From Promethearchaeota archaeon (GTDB taxonomy: Archaea > Asgardarchaeota > Lokiarchaeia > Sigyniarchaeales > SOKP01), in contig JBHLON010000011.1 of assembly GCA_048940445.1 (NCBI GenBank), forward strand, positions 1 to 64,000: DNA of 64,000 nt. Reading direction: 5' to 3'. The translations under genes and the position numbers were made by a program. This document shows, one piece after another, positions 10,032 through 20,291 of the stretch. A model generated the notes under the pieces. It was not told where the DNA came from, made no database searches, and saw only the letters and a list, made by a program, of their open reading frames with translations. Position 1 is the first letter of the stretch; each line of letters starts with the position of its first letter.

Positions 10032-12953
10032 GTGAAATTCATGCAAAATAAAAAATTAGTAGTATATTTTATAACGATCATTTTTATCCTTGGATTTTGC
10101 TTAATGATTGATCCAGCAGTTTCATGTACTTCAGAAAAAGGAAAGAAAGATCATAAAAAGTCAATGATTCCCTCAGAAGATGAGATTTTTGGATGGATTG
10201 AAGATATGTGGGGCATTGGCAATCAAGGTCCATACGGTTATCGAATGCCAGGAACTGGGTCATACTGGGAAGGTGCAGATTATGTCTTAGAAAAGTTTGA
10301 GGAAGCAGGGTTGGAAGATACTTTTTTAGAACCTGTACCTGCAACTGTTAATTTTCCAGATCAGTGGAAATTAATGATTAATGCTGGTGGAAATGATGAA
10401 GAAATTCCATGTTATTTCTTACGATATGCTAACTTCACACCTCCAGAAGGAGTTTCAGCTGAGATTGTATATGTTGGGACAGGTTCAGATACCGAATTCA
10501 GTAATGTGGACGCAACAGAAGGAATAGAAGGCAAAATAGTACTTGTAGATGTTATAGCTGCGCCATGGCCAAGAGCAATTCTTGAACCCTTTATTCTCTT
10601 TGAGTGGGACCCAGATAATACTTTTGCTAATGATCCAATGGCTACTGAAAATTGGCCTCTAGCAAATCTCGATAGTTCGTACAATTTAGCTTATACTTAT
10701 GGTGCTGTTGGATATATTGGGATTATGACTTGTATGGCCGACTATGTGAATCAATATCTTCACTGGTATTTTAACGGGGAACTACCTGCTTTTACCGTGA
10801 GTCCAAATGATGGCAATCATCTGAAAGAGTTATTAACAGCAGGGTCCGTCAGCGCAAACATGATCTTAACCGGAACAGAAGGACCTGGAACAACTTACAA
10901 TGTTTATGGATCCTTACCAGGAAAAACAGATGATATCATTATGGTCGTATCCCATCATGATGGATGGGCCACCAATGAGGCTTCAGGAGTATCAATAGTT
11001 ATGGCATTAGCTAAGTATTTTGCTCAAATACCTAAATACTCAAGAGAAAAGACATTAATGTTTGTTAGTTTTGGTAGTCATTTTGGTAAAAAAGCAGATT
11101 GGACTGAATATGATAGTTTAGCTTATAACGTATTGCCTAAAGTTGCATGTGCTATAAACATTGAGATGATTAGTAAGCAAATAAAAGTGATCGACGGGGA
11201 ATTTGTTGAAACTGGGTTAGTTGCTCCAAGAGGAATGTTTCTCTCAGGACCTCTTTTTTCGGCTAATGAATACCTACTTTCCTATGCATCAGAAGCGATT
11301 GTAAAAAATGATATGGTACGAACATCGTGTTTACCAGGAGCTTTTGCTGTTCCAGGAGAAGGAGGAAAATTCTATCAACTTGGAATACCAACAATCAATT
11401 TTATCTCTCACAATGCTCCTCAGTTTACCCAATATGATACACCAGAAACAGTGGCCAAAGATGCTCTGGTGCCAACAACCAAGATGTTTATTGATATCAT
11501 TAATGACCTTGATGTAACTCCTTCAAGTTTATTGAAATGGACTATGACAGTAAATGGTAGAGAGACAAAGGCTTACCCTGAATTAAGAGAGTCTATATGG
11601 GAAATGCGAAGGGATCCATATGGACCCTTTGACAAAATTGGCTTACACAGATTAGTGAAAGCTGATATTGAACCAGAAGGTGTCGTATTTATCTTACCAG
11701 GAACTTGGAGTAACGGTGAACAGTTAACTTCAAATCCACCTGACGATTGGTGGACTGCAGATGAGGATCATTCTTTCGCTTTCTATCTTGCAAATAGAAA
11801 TTTTGATGTTTATGCAATAGACTATAGAACTCACTTTGTAAATGAATATCTGAACCCTCCTGATCTTGGCTTAATGGCTTATTGGGGTTGGGATCAGTGG
11901 ATTAGCGATATAAAAGAAGCAGTAGAGTTAGCTAAAGCTATATCTGGAGCTAATAAAGTCTATATGGCAGGTGATAGTTTTGGAGGAAGTGCTGTAATGA
12001 ATTATGCTTCATTGTATTGGAAGGAAGATCTCAAAGGCATATTATTACGGGACGGTGGAACAGGAACTAAATACCCCGAACTCGTTACCAACTCATTCAA
12101 CTTACCAGCTGTGATTGCTGGAATGATAGCCGCGGGTAGTTGGGCTAATGAAGTCGGAGGTGCTCCCGGATCAACATTTGTAATGCAATATGCTGACCAA
12201 AATCCCACAGCACCAGCTGAATTTCCACCAGGAACTCCTCTTGAACCTACAATTAATCCGTTTACAGGTCTACCTTGGGAAAATATACAAGAGTGGGCAG
12301 CATTCATGATTTATATGGCATGGGGTCCTGGTGTAGTTAGTAACATCTATGGAGGGTATGGTGATCCTGCTGTGATGATCCATATTGATGCCACATTTGA
12401 TAGATATTGGCCTTCAAGGTTGAGTCTTGAGAGTGCAGCAATAAGTGACTGGGATAATTGTCCATATGTGTCATTTGATTTTGATGATCATTATAGTGAG
12501 ATTGATGTTCCAATTCTAGCTTTTACAAGTGAGCTAATGGGATTAGCATATTGGGGACCCTTCAGACGTGGTACTGCTAATCCAGACTTTACAGGTATAT
12601 ATCTTTGGGGATATGGTCACTTGGATGTTTACTCGGGAGAATATTCAGCAGAACAAGTGAGTCAACCAACTGTCGAATGGTTAATGAGCCATAGAATGCT
12701 TGTAGGTTATGGAAGATTGAGTACTTGTAAAAAATATTATTGGGGCGAAGCAGCAATTTATATTAATGCAACCACAATAGAGTTTAGAATGTACAATACA
12801 CGCATGTCATGGAATATTATCAACCATCAGATTTCTAGAAAGCAAGAAATTTTTAAAGGTAAAAGTGATTACAGTAAAATTACGGTAATTATCAAAAAAG
12901 GATTTGCATTAGGTAGCGGATATAAAATTTTCTTCTTTGGTTATTTGGTGTAA
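10032..12953 (+). CDS. Secreted PA-domain M28-like peptidase fused to an alpha/beta hydrolase
   Basis: Signal-like N-terminus; PA domain (IVYVGTG, EGKIVLV); SHHDG..NEASG; C-terminal half with GDSFGG and GHLD. Confidence 0.7.
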   Translation: MKFMQNKKLVVYFITIIFILGFCLMIDPAVSCTSEKGKKDHKKSMIPSEDEIFGWIEDMWGIGNQGPYGYRMPGTGSYWEGADYVLEKFEEAGLEDTFLEPVPATVNFPDQWKLMINAGGNDEEIPCYFLRYANFTPPEGVSAEIVYVGTGSDTEFSNVDATEGIEGKIVLVDVIAAPWPRAILEPFILFEWDPDNTFANDPMATENWPLANLDSSYNLAYTYGAVGYIGIMTCMADYVNQYLHWYFNGELPAFTVSPNDGNHLKELLTAGSVSANMILTGTEGPGTTYNVYGSLPGKTDDIIMVVSHHDGWATNEASGVSIVMALAKYFAQIPKYSREKTLMFVSFGSHFGKKADWTEYDSLAYNVLPKVACAINIEMISKQIKVIDGEFVETGLVAPRGMFLSGPLFSANEYLLSYASEAIVKNDMVRTSCLPGAFAVPGEGGKFYQLGIPTINFISHNAPQFTQYDTPETVAKDALVPTTKMFIDIINDLDVTPSSLLKWTMTVNGRETKAYPELRESIWEMRRDPYGPFDKIGLHRLVKADIEPEGVVFILPGTWSNGEQLTSNPPDDWWTADEDHSFAFYLANRNFDVYAIDYRTHFVNEYLNPPDLGLMAYWGWDQWISDIKEAVELAKAISGANKVYMAGDSFGGSAVMNYASLYWKEDLKGILLRDGGTGTKYPELVTNSFNLPAVIAGMIAAGSWANEVGGAPGSTFVMQYADQNPTAPAEFPPGTPLEPTINPFTGLPWENIQEWAAFMIYMAWGPGVVSNIYGGYGDPAVMIHIDATFDRYWPSRLSLESAAISDWDNCPYVSFDFDDHYSEIDVPILAFTSELMGLAYWGPFRRGTANPDFTGIYLWGYGHLDVYSGEYSAEQVSQPTVEWLMSHRMLVGYGRLSTCKKYYWGEAAIYINATTIEFRMYNTRMSWNIINHQISRKQEIFKGKSDYSKITVIIKKGFALGSGYKIFFFGYLV

Positions 12954-13346
12954 ATAAAAATATTTAACAAATTTTTTTTTCTTATTCCTTTCAAAAAAGA
13001 AAAATAAGAGAGGGAATATTCTCTTTTTTAAAATTCTAGTGCTGGATTTATATTTTTTCAAAGCAATCTATTTTCTAAATCATCACCTTTATTATTTTTA
13101 ATTATGGGAATTAATTCCCATTAATAATAAAATGTGCTTTAACACTTATAAATCTTTCTTTTATTCAGAAAAAATGTTCAAATGTTAAAAAATTTTCAGG
13201 ATTTATAATACTATTACTCATATTTGTTTAAAATAAAAAATAAATAATGGTTTTGCATTGAAATTTCCTCGTTTATTTGTCTAAAGTAGTGAAATATTTG
13301 TATTTCAATAAAAGAATTTTTAAAGCATTTAAAAAGAAGATATATA

Positions 13347-13919
13347 ATGAAAAAAGTAGCTGTGGATATTGATGGTGTTTTATTGGATGTCATGATAACT
13401 TATTGCAAGACATTCAATAGGCTGTATAACACGAACTATAAAAAAAGTGATGTTAAGAACTGGGAATTCTTTCGAGACTGGAATATTAGTGAAAAAGAAG
13501 CATTTAAAGTTTTTTATAAGGTTTATGAGAACTCAATAGAAATACCATTTATCGATAAAGATGCTCCAAAGATATTAAAAGATTTAAATTTGAACTATAA
13601 TGTGTATATTGTTACTGCTAGACAAGCGAAATTTAAAGATCCAACATTAGAAAAACTAAAAAGTCACGGAATTAAAAAAAATATCCATTATAAAAAGCTT
13701 TTTTTCCTCGAACCGAGACCCTATGATGTAAAATTAAAGCATGATTTCGATATTTATATTGATGATTCTCCGAATTTAGCTAATTCTATAAAGAAAATGA
13801 AAATGAGATTACTATTACTATTTGATCAGCCATGGAATCAAAATGTTGACAGTGAAGATAATGTAATTAGAGTCTATAATTGGAATGAGATTTATGATTT
13901 CCTTAATAAAGAGGGGTGA
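13347..13919 (+). CDS. 5'(3')-deoxyribonucleotidase-like HAD protein
   Basis: VDIDGVL, VTAR, IDDSP and QPWN motifs. Confidence 0.85.
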   Translation: MKKVAVDIDGVLLDVMITYCKTFNRLYNTNYKKSDVKNWEFFRDWNISEKEAFKVFYKVYENSIEIPFIDKDAPKILKDLNLNYNVYIVTARQAKFKDPTLEKLKSHGIKKNIHYKKLFFLEPRPYDVKLKHDFDIYIDDSPNLANSIKKMKMRLLLLFDQPWNQNVDSEDNVIRVYNWNEIYDFLNKEG

Positions 13920-13927
13920 TTTAATCA

Positions 13928-15064
13928 TTGGTAAAATTAGTGCTAATTGATGGTGCTAAAGGGCACACAGGCACATTTTTAGTAAAGGAGATATTAGAAT
14001 CAAAGCCAGATTGGGAAATCATAGCTACAGATTTACCAACGGATGAAAGAAAGAATTTAATGACTAAAGAAAGAGTTTTTAGCAGTAGATTTAAATATAT
14101 GACAGATATATTAGACCACAACCGAGTTTCATATATTCCAGCTGATTTAACAGCTAGAAATACGATTGAGAAATTGTTTGAAAATAGAAAATTTGATCTT
14201 ATTTTCCATGTCGCAAGTCTTTATGATTATTTTGCGGATTTAAGCCTCTTAAGAAAAATTAATGTGGAGGGTACTAGAAATTTGCTTGAAACAATCATTA
14301 GTTCACAAAACATGAATAATGTACGATTTATACATTGGAGCACATGTGGGGTATATGGTGAACCAAAATATAATAAAAATAGTAAAGGTTATCCTATTCC
14401 AGTAGATGAAACAGCACCATTTAATCCCCCAAATAACTATAGTATCAGTAAAATGGAACAAGAGAAAGTAGTAAATAATTATTCTAGAAAGCATGGATTA
14501 AAAGCCACAATAATTCGACCTGCACCCATAATGGGACCAAGTCAAATATATGGAGTATTTCATATAATGCAACTAGTAAATAAGTCAGGTTTTGGTCCAG
14601 GTATCCATGTTTACCCAAGGAAAAAGCGTCTAGGTATGCCTTTAATTCACGTAGAAGATTTAGTTAGGTTAGCAATATATTTAGCTGAAAATGATGAATC
14701 TATTGGGCAAACTTACAATGCTGCTATGGATATCTGCTTTCAAGAAGATTTTTTGGAATATCTTGCCGATCTTTTAAATGCAGAATATTTTAATTTTCCC
14801 GTATGGTGGCCAATTTATCAACTATTTTCAAAATACCTATTTTTACTTGATAAAAGAGAAGCTAAGAAAGCGAAAAAAATGAAAACACGACCACCAGTTG
14901 ATTTAGATATGACAGCATACACTATGCATCAATATCTATTCTCTAATGAGAAGATTAAGAATTTAGGATTTAAGTTTAAATTCCCAGATTATCGAACGGC
15001 CACGAAGGATACTGTGGATTGGTATCTTAAATATAAATGGTTGGAGAGTGAACATTATCAATGA
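13928..15064 (+). CDS. Extended SDR NAD-dependent epimerase/dehydratase
   Basis: GAKGHTG, NVEGT, STCGVYG and YxxSK motifs. Confidence 0.85.
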   Translation: MVKLVLIDGAKGHTGTFLVKEILESKPDWEIIATDLPTDERKNLMTKERVFSSRFKYMTDILDHNRVSYIPADLTARNTIEKLFENRKFDLIFHVASLYDYFADLSLLRKINVEGTRNLLETIISSQNMNNVRFIHWSTCGVYGEPKYNKNSKGYPIPVDETAPFNPPNNYSISKMEQEKVVNNYSRKHGLKATIIRPAPIMGPSQIYGVFHIMQLVNKSGFGPGIHVYPRKKRLGMPLIHVEDLVRLAIYLAENDESIGQTYNAAMDICFQEDFLEYLADLLNAEYFNFPVWWPIYQLFSKYLFLLDKREAKKAKKMKTRPPVDLDMTAYTMHQYLFSNEKIKNLGFKFKFPDYRTATKDTVDWYLKYKWLESEHYQ

Positions 15065-15546
15065 GTTTTTTAGAAGGGCTTATTGGAAACTTCTTATTTG
15101 GTTGGCTAAACTCTTATTTGTATCGAAAATATCTACGAAAACGAAATAAGGATTGGATTGTTTTTTTAGCTATAATTTTTATTTCAGGTGTGCTACTTCT
15201 GGATACTCTTATCTATTTTGAGATAATAGATATAACTTGGTTAAATGCAATCCCCTGGATACACATTCCATCTAGCAATAGTGGAAAATATTTTATGTGG
15301 AATTCATTTTTACTTTTCGGTATCAATCTTGGAATAACACCCCAGCCAGGGATGGAAATATTTGCTGCTTTTCTATTTATTTCTTATATCTTTTGGTATT
15401 ATTTTGGATCCAAATTTGGGAAATTTTTACACGGATATCGACCATACCAACAAGGATTTTATATGATTTTCCGTCCTGTTAAGAGATTTATAGAAGAACG
15501 TGAGAAGAGAATAAAAGAAGAAACAGATGCAAAATCTAATAAATAA
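15061..15546 (+). CDS. Hypothetical membrane protein
   Basis: Hydrophobic helices; ATGA overlap with the upstream gene. Confidence 0.6.
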   Translation: MSFLEGLIGNFLFGWLNSYLYRKYLRKRNKDWIVFLAIIFISGVLLLDTLIYFEIIDITWLNAIPWIHIPSSNSGKYFMWNSFLLFGINLGITPQPGMEIFAAFLFISYIFWYYFGSKFGKFLHGYRPYQQGFYMIFRPVKRFIEEREKRIKEETDAKSNK

Positions 15547-15660
15547 TTTCTATTACTATTTTAGCAAGCTAATAATTCACTAAAAATTCTCTCTCTTATT
15601 ATATATACAAAATAGGATTTGATAGAGATTAGTTAAATTATATTTGAGCTGAAGTAAAAA

Positions 15661-16554
15661 ATGACTGAATGTTACGCTAATTTTATGATTTTTGAATTAC
15701 ATGACAATGGAGAACATAACAGAATAGATATTACAGAAGAAGAGTTTCGTAAAGCTAATGGGGGTACAATATTGCATCCCTCTCAAGTCAAAATAATTGT
15801 AAAAGAAGATTTAAGAAGTATTTTCATTTGGAAAGGTGTGGAGTCTTCTGTAAGAAAAAAATTTATTGGTTCTCGAGTTGCCTCCGAGTTGCAACAAGAA
15901 TTAATGAAACAAGCAGGGTTTCATAGATGCAAAGTTATCTCAGTGGATCAAGGAGAGGAACCCGGAGAATTCCTTTGTGCGTTTGGATTCGAAAGCCAAA
16001 ATGTTGAAGATACAATAAAGAGTAAGGAATATGAATTAAGTGATCTTGAAAATTATAATGAGCATCAAATATATAAACAGAGTGTAATTTCAAAATCTTT
16101 TAAACAAATAAAAAGTGAAAAGAACTCTAAAGAGATTTTAGAAAAAATCCTTAAAAACGAAATTCCTGATAATTACAAAAGAAAAAATGTCTTGACTGGA
16201 ACCAATATACTTTATGGAGAGGTAGTTAAGAAAGCAAATATCTTTGGAGATGCTATTGAAGAAAGAAAATGGGAGCCAATTTTCAACATTCAAAAAGAAA
16301 TAATCGAATTAGAAGGTCATAAACTGCGTATTTACTTTAATAATGAAGTTGGAAATATTGAAGCTGTAGAAATCTTAGAATTAGATTCTGTAAATAATAA
16401 TGTTGATAAAAATGAATCAGATTATAATAAATGGACTGTTAAACAATTAAGAGAATTTTGTAAAGAAAATAATATTTCGGTTCCCTCATCCTGTAGAAAA
16501 GCTGATATTGTACAACTTGTAAAAGAATTCGACAAATCTGAAAAAATGCATTAA
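15661..16554 (+). CDS. Asgard single-domain gelsolin-like protein with a C-terminal SAP/HeH/Rho-N-like helical domain
   Basis: LHPSQV-IIV-EDLR-IFIWKG-SSVRKKF...SVDQGEEP-EF gelsolin signature; C-terminal WTVKQLREFCKENNI...RKADIVQLV. Confidence 0.7.
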   Translation: MTECYANFMIFELHDNGEHNRIDITEEEFRKANGGTILHPSQVKIIVKEDLRSIFIWKGVESSVRKKFIGSRVASELQQELMKQAGFHRCKVISVDQGEEPGEFLCAFGFESQNVEDTIKSKEYELSDLENYNEHQIYKQSVISKSFKQIKSEKNSKEILEKILKNEIPDNYKRKNVLTGTNILYGEVVKKANIFGDAIEERKWEPIFNIQKEIIELEGHKLRIYFNNEVGNIEAVEILELDSVNNNVDKNESDYNKWTVKQLREFCKENNISVPSSCRKADIVQLVKEFDKSEKMH

Positions 16555-16633
16555 AAAAAATTACTTATTCCTTTATGGAATAAGATAATACATAAAATTT
16601 ATAATATTATAAAATATAATTAAATTATTAATA

Positions 16634-16711
16634 TTCGATTTCCGATATATTTATATAGGCTAATTTTCTATAATATCATAAGTTCGATTTATGATATATT
16701 TATAATCGAAC
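16634..16711 (+). promoter_or_regulatory. Putative operator repeats upstream of padR
   Basis: Direct repeat TTCGATTT(CC/AT)GATATATTTATA at 16634 and 16683; the second copy lies inside the inverted repeat GTTCGATT...AATCGAAC. Confidence 0.45.
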
Positions 16712-16716
16712 AATAA

Positions 16717-17403
16717 ATGGTGAGTGAAAAATTGTTTTTTGGTAAGAGATTTAGTGGATATCATGGAGGACCTTTTTCAGGATTAGATATTTTGGTACTT
16801 TCTATCATTAAAAATTATGAAAATACGGGAATTTCGGGGTATGATATAATTCTTGAAATTAACGAGAAATTCAAACCAATGTGGAGGGCTTCTCCCGGAA
16901 CTATATATCCCTTATTAGGAAGATTAGAAGAACGAGGTTTTGTTGAAGCTGAAGAAATAGTTGATGAGAATAACCGTCAAAAGAAAATATATAAAATTAC
17001 TGACACTGGAAAAGAACGTCTTGAGGAAGTATTAAAAAATAATCTAGAATCAAGCATGAATACTCTTGGAGATTATATTAGAACAGTGGTTCAAACATGG
17101 CTTCCGAACGAAAAGAAGATTAATAGAGTAATGACATGTTTTCCATTTCATTGCTCCCCACCTCATAAAGATATCGATACAGAAGACTATTCATTACAAA
17201 ATATAAATCGTTTAGAGAGAATTATAAAGGAATTACATTTTAGTAAGCAGAGACTAATGAATCGGTTAGATGAAATTAACAACGAGATCGAATTTTATCA
17301 AAAAGTATTAGAGAATTTAAAGAAAGAAAGAGATCAAAAAACTAAAACGATTCCAATTGTAGGTGATGATGAATATGAGAGAGGTTTTGGAATAAATGAA
17401 TAA
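16717..17403 (+). CDS. PadR-family transcriptional regulator with C-terminal coiled coil
   Basis: GYDI, SPGTIYPLLGRLE and KKIYKITDTG motifs. Confidence 0.9.
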   Translation: MVSEKLFFGKRFSGYHGGPFSGLDILVLSIIKNYENTGISGYDIILEINEKFKPMWRASPGTIYPLLGRLEERGFVEAEEIVDENNRQKKIYKITDTGKERLEEVLKNNLESSMNTLGDYIRTVVQTWLPNEKKINRVMTCFPFHCSPPHKDIDTEDYSLQNINRLERIIKELHFSKQRLMNRLDEINNEIEFYQKVLENLKKERDQKTKTIPIVGDDEYERGFGINE

Positions 17404-17453
17404 TACTCACCAAAAATATGAGCAAAATATTAAAAAAACGAGAGGTATAAGAT

Positions 17454-17921
17454 ATGTGTGATGAAAAGCATCATGGAACACAAGTGTGGGCAAATTGTTG
17501 TTCCCCTAGAGATATAGCAAGAATGAAACATATGGCAGGCAGATTTATGAGACATTTTGTGGGAGGATTTGGTTCTTGGGTACCCCATAATGTAGAAGAT
17601 CTAGGAAACGAATACTTAATCACTGTTCCTTTACCCGGACGTACAAAAGAAGATGTCCAAGTATCGATAATAAACAAAAATCTTAATGTCAGTGCAAAAA
17701 AACCTAAAGTTCCTGAAAAAGAAGGAGCACAAAAGGAAGAAGAAAAAGATTTCCCTTTTCCTTTTTATGGTTTTAAATTTGTTGACGTAAATATGGACAT
17801 TCCACTTCCGGCAGATGCAAATGAGGATATGATATCTTCAAAAATGGCAAATGGTTTATTAAGGATAACTGTAGGAAAAAAGCCTGCAAAACATATCGAT
17901 ATTAATGAGAGCCAGAATTAA
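17454..17921 (+). CDS. Hsp20/alpha-crystallin small heat shock protein
   Basis: LPGRTKEDVQV, IPLP, NGLLRITV and C-terminal IDI motif. Confidence 0.85.
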   Translation: MCDEKHHGTQVWANCCSPRDIARMKHMAGRFMRHFVGGFGSWVPHNVEDLGNEYLITVPLPGRTKEDVQVSIINKNLNVSAKKPKVPEKEGAQKEEEKDFPFPFYGFKFVDVNMDIPLPADANEDMISSKMANGLLRITVGKKPAKHIDINESQN

Positions 17922-18176
17922 AGAAGAAGAGGCACTTCAGAATCACAAGTCTTCTGAACAAAAGACCATAGGAAAATAAATTTTTATTCTGAAGCACCTC
18001 AATTATTTAACATTTTTTTTTATTTATTATTTTATGGATTAATTAATATGCTTGTTTAGCTCAATTTTGGGAATATGTGACTGTTTTGATAATCTTGATA
18101 ATTTTTTCCTTAAAATTTATTATGACGTAATCCACTTTTATTGTAAATAGATTTAAATTAAAGATATCCGAGAGGC

Positions 18177-18407
18177 TTGAAAATTAGGAAAAATAGAGAT
18201 AAAAGTTCTCGACCGATTAATTTGGTGCTATTAGCTGCTTCTCTTATTATTTTTGGAGCATTTGGAATGATCTTTTTAACTCAAATGGATATACAACCAG
18301 GATGGATTTGGGAAGATTTAAGAGATATTTATCCAATGGAAATGAGTGCTTTAGAAGCTGATGATTTAAATAAAGATGGGTTTAATGAAGTTATTGGTAT
18401 AGAATGA
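18177..18407 (+). pseudogene. Probable truncated fragment of a secreted FG-GAP/beta-propeller protein
   Basis: N-terminal TM followed by a single DDLNKDGFNEVI repeat, then an immediate stop. Confidence 0.45.
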
Positions 18408-18463
18408 AAACAATAGAGGATAAAAAATAATTTTTTTTTTTAATTTAAAATAAATAAAATAAT

Positions 18464-19432
18464 TTAACGGTTTTTTTTTATTTTTCTATGCCTAATGATT
18501 AAGAATGCTGCTAGTACTACTATGATAACTGCTACAATTATTAATATCATATAAAAAAGCCAATTTGAATCTGTGCTGACAAATTTGAAGATTATATCAT
18601 CAGAACTATCTTTAACGGTAAAAGTCGATATTAAACCCTCAGTTCCGTAAGATATTTCAACCGTGTAATTTGCGATTCCATAACGGTCAAATATAAGCGT
18701 TTTTCCATTTACAGAAGCATTCTCACATCCAAGGCCATTTACAAGATTTGTTAAATAACCCTCTTGAGGTTCTGCAATTGCTAAACCATTTAGCGCCATT
18801 TGCCATAGGAATTGATCAGCAGTCAAGATTGGAAAATATGGAAACATCAATACTCCATTTAGCTTTGCTGAAAGGTTATTGTAATCATCTATCATTGGTT
18901 TAAAAAGTGAGGGATTCTGTAAGACAAACACGCCCTCAATATAACTTGGAGCTTCTTCAAAATTACCATCTGTAAAATTCCATACGGCACGCAATCCATA
19001 CCATACATTATAACTTGTTGTATAATTCGTATTAATGGTTGTTTCATTATATCCTTTTGAATTCATTGTTTCTAATAATCCAAACATAACTAGAGGACTA
19101 AAGTATTGAGGCATAAAGATTGTTGTTAAAACATCATAGGTTTGCCATGTGGTATAACTCCACCCTATGATAGTATACTTACTCTTTGCATTAGTCACAT
19201 TAGCTATCCCATCAAACCAACTATTAGGGTTTGAATTGGTATCAACTGTATTCTTCCATGCTGATTTATTATATTGTGTTATTATGAACTCTTTGGTGCC
19301 TTTCGTTAAAGTGGATTGATAGCTTGTGCTTGCTGATACAGTAGTAATAAACATGCCAAATATGATTAATCCGAGTACCAATACCGCTGTATAACGAATT
19401 TTTTTATTATTATCTAAACTTTTATTCATCAT
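18464..19432 (-). CDS. Secreted protein with C-terminal TM anchor
   Basis: Signal peptide, several N-x-S/T sequons, C-terminal TM plus basic tail; in the ABC operon. Confidence 0.7.
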   Translation of the reverse strand: MMNKSLDNNKKIRYTAVLVLGLIIFGMFITTVSASTSYQSTLTKGTKEFIITQYNKSAWKNTVDTNSNPNSWFDGIANVTNAKSKYTIIGWSYTTWQTYDVLTTIFMPQYFSPLVMFGLLETMNSKGYNETTINTNYTTSYNVWYGLRAVWNFTDGNFEEAPSYIEGVFVLQNPSLFKPMIDDYNNLSAKLNGVLMFPYFPILTADQFLWQMALNGLAIAEPQEGYLTNLVNGLGCENASVNGKTLIFDRYGIANYTVEISYGTEGLISTFTVKDSSDDIIFKFVSTDSNWLFYMILIIVAVIIVVLAAFLIIRHRKIKKNR

Positions 19433-19436
19433 CTTT

Positions 19437-20273
19437 TTACAATTGCCTCCTTTTGAATAATAATGCTGCTAATACAAAAAATACAACTATATAGACAATA
19501 AGCAATGTTGTTCCCATCTCAATCGTAGGTGTTAACCATGAACCAAATACGAAACTTCTACCCATGCCACTAAATGGAGTTTCAACGTATCGTGGATTTG
19601 GAAATGGGTTTCTTAATACCGAAGTTATAAGGTTACCTAAATATGAGACCGAATATAATGGTTCGAACTTATCTCCTAATAGTAATGTGACAATTTGATC
19701 TGCAATATTAAGACCAATTAGAAGGATTACCAATGTTATAATAATTGTTACATTTTCACTCTTTAGAAACGAGCTAAATAATGTAACAAAACTACTTAAG
19801 GTAATTACATACAATAAAGCAAAAGCATATGAATAGTAAATTCGTATATTAATAGGCCCTCCATAATAGAAGAATCCAAGTAATGCCAAAATGAAATAGT
19901 ATACAGTTACTATAAAAACAACATTGAGTAAATTACCTAAATATTTCCCCAAAATCAATTTGTATTTATTTATCTTAGGAAAAACAATAAATCCTGTTTT
20001 CTTGTCAAATTCAGAACAAATAATTCCTGAGAAAAATAAACAGGCTGCAAATAATGTCAAAAACGATATGAAAGTTAATCCATTACGAAAATAGTCTGCT
20101 TGTGTATCTGGAAGTAGATATCCAGGGATTAATTGCAATAAATACCCAACTAAAAATACTACTAAAATTGCAACTATTAGAAAGAAATAAAATTTCTTGC
20201 GCTGCTTTTTTATTTCGAATACAATTGTATCAAATATAGGTTTTATTCCAATATGTGTACTGTTATTTACCAT
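19437..20273 (-). CDS. ABC-2 type exporter permease
   Basis: Six TMs; SEFDKKTG..P...K.ILGKYL motif. Confidence 0.85.
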   Translation of the reverse strand: MVNNSTHIGIKPIFDTIVFEIKKQRKKFYFFLIVAILVVFLVGYLLQLIPGYLLPDTQADYFRNGLTFISFLTLFAACLFFSGIICSEFDKKTGFIVFPKINKYKLILGKYLGNLLNVVFIVTVYYFILALLGFFYYGGPINIRIYYSYAFALLYVITLSSFVTLFSSFLKSENVTIIITLVILLIGLNIADQIVTLLLGDKFEPLYSVSYLGNLITSVLRNPFPNPRYVETPFSGMGRSFVFGSWLTPTIEMGTTLLIVYIVVFFVLAALLFKRRQL

Positions 20274-20291
20274 TCTTTATTCCATCTCCTT

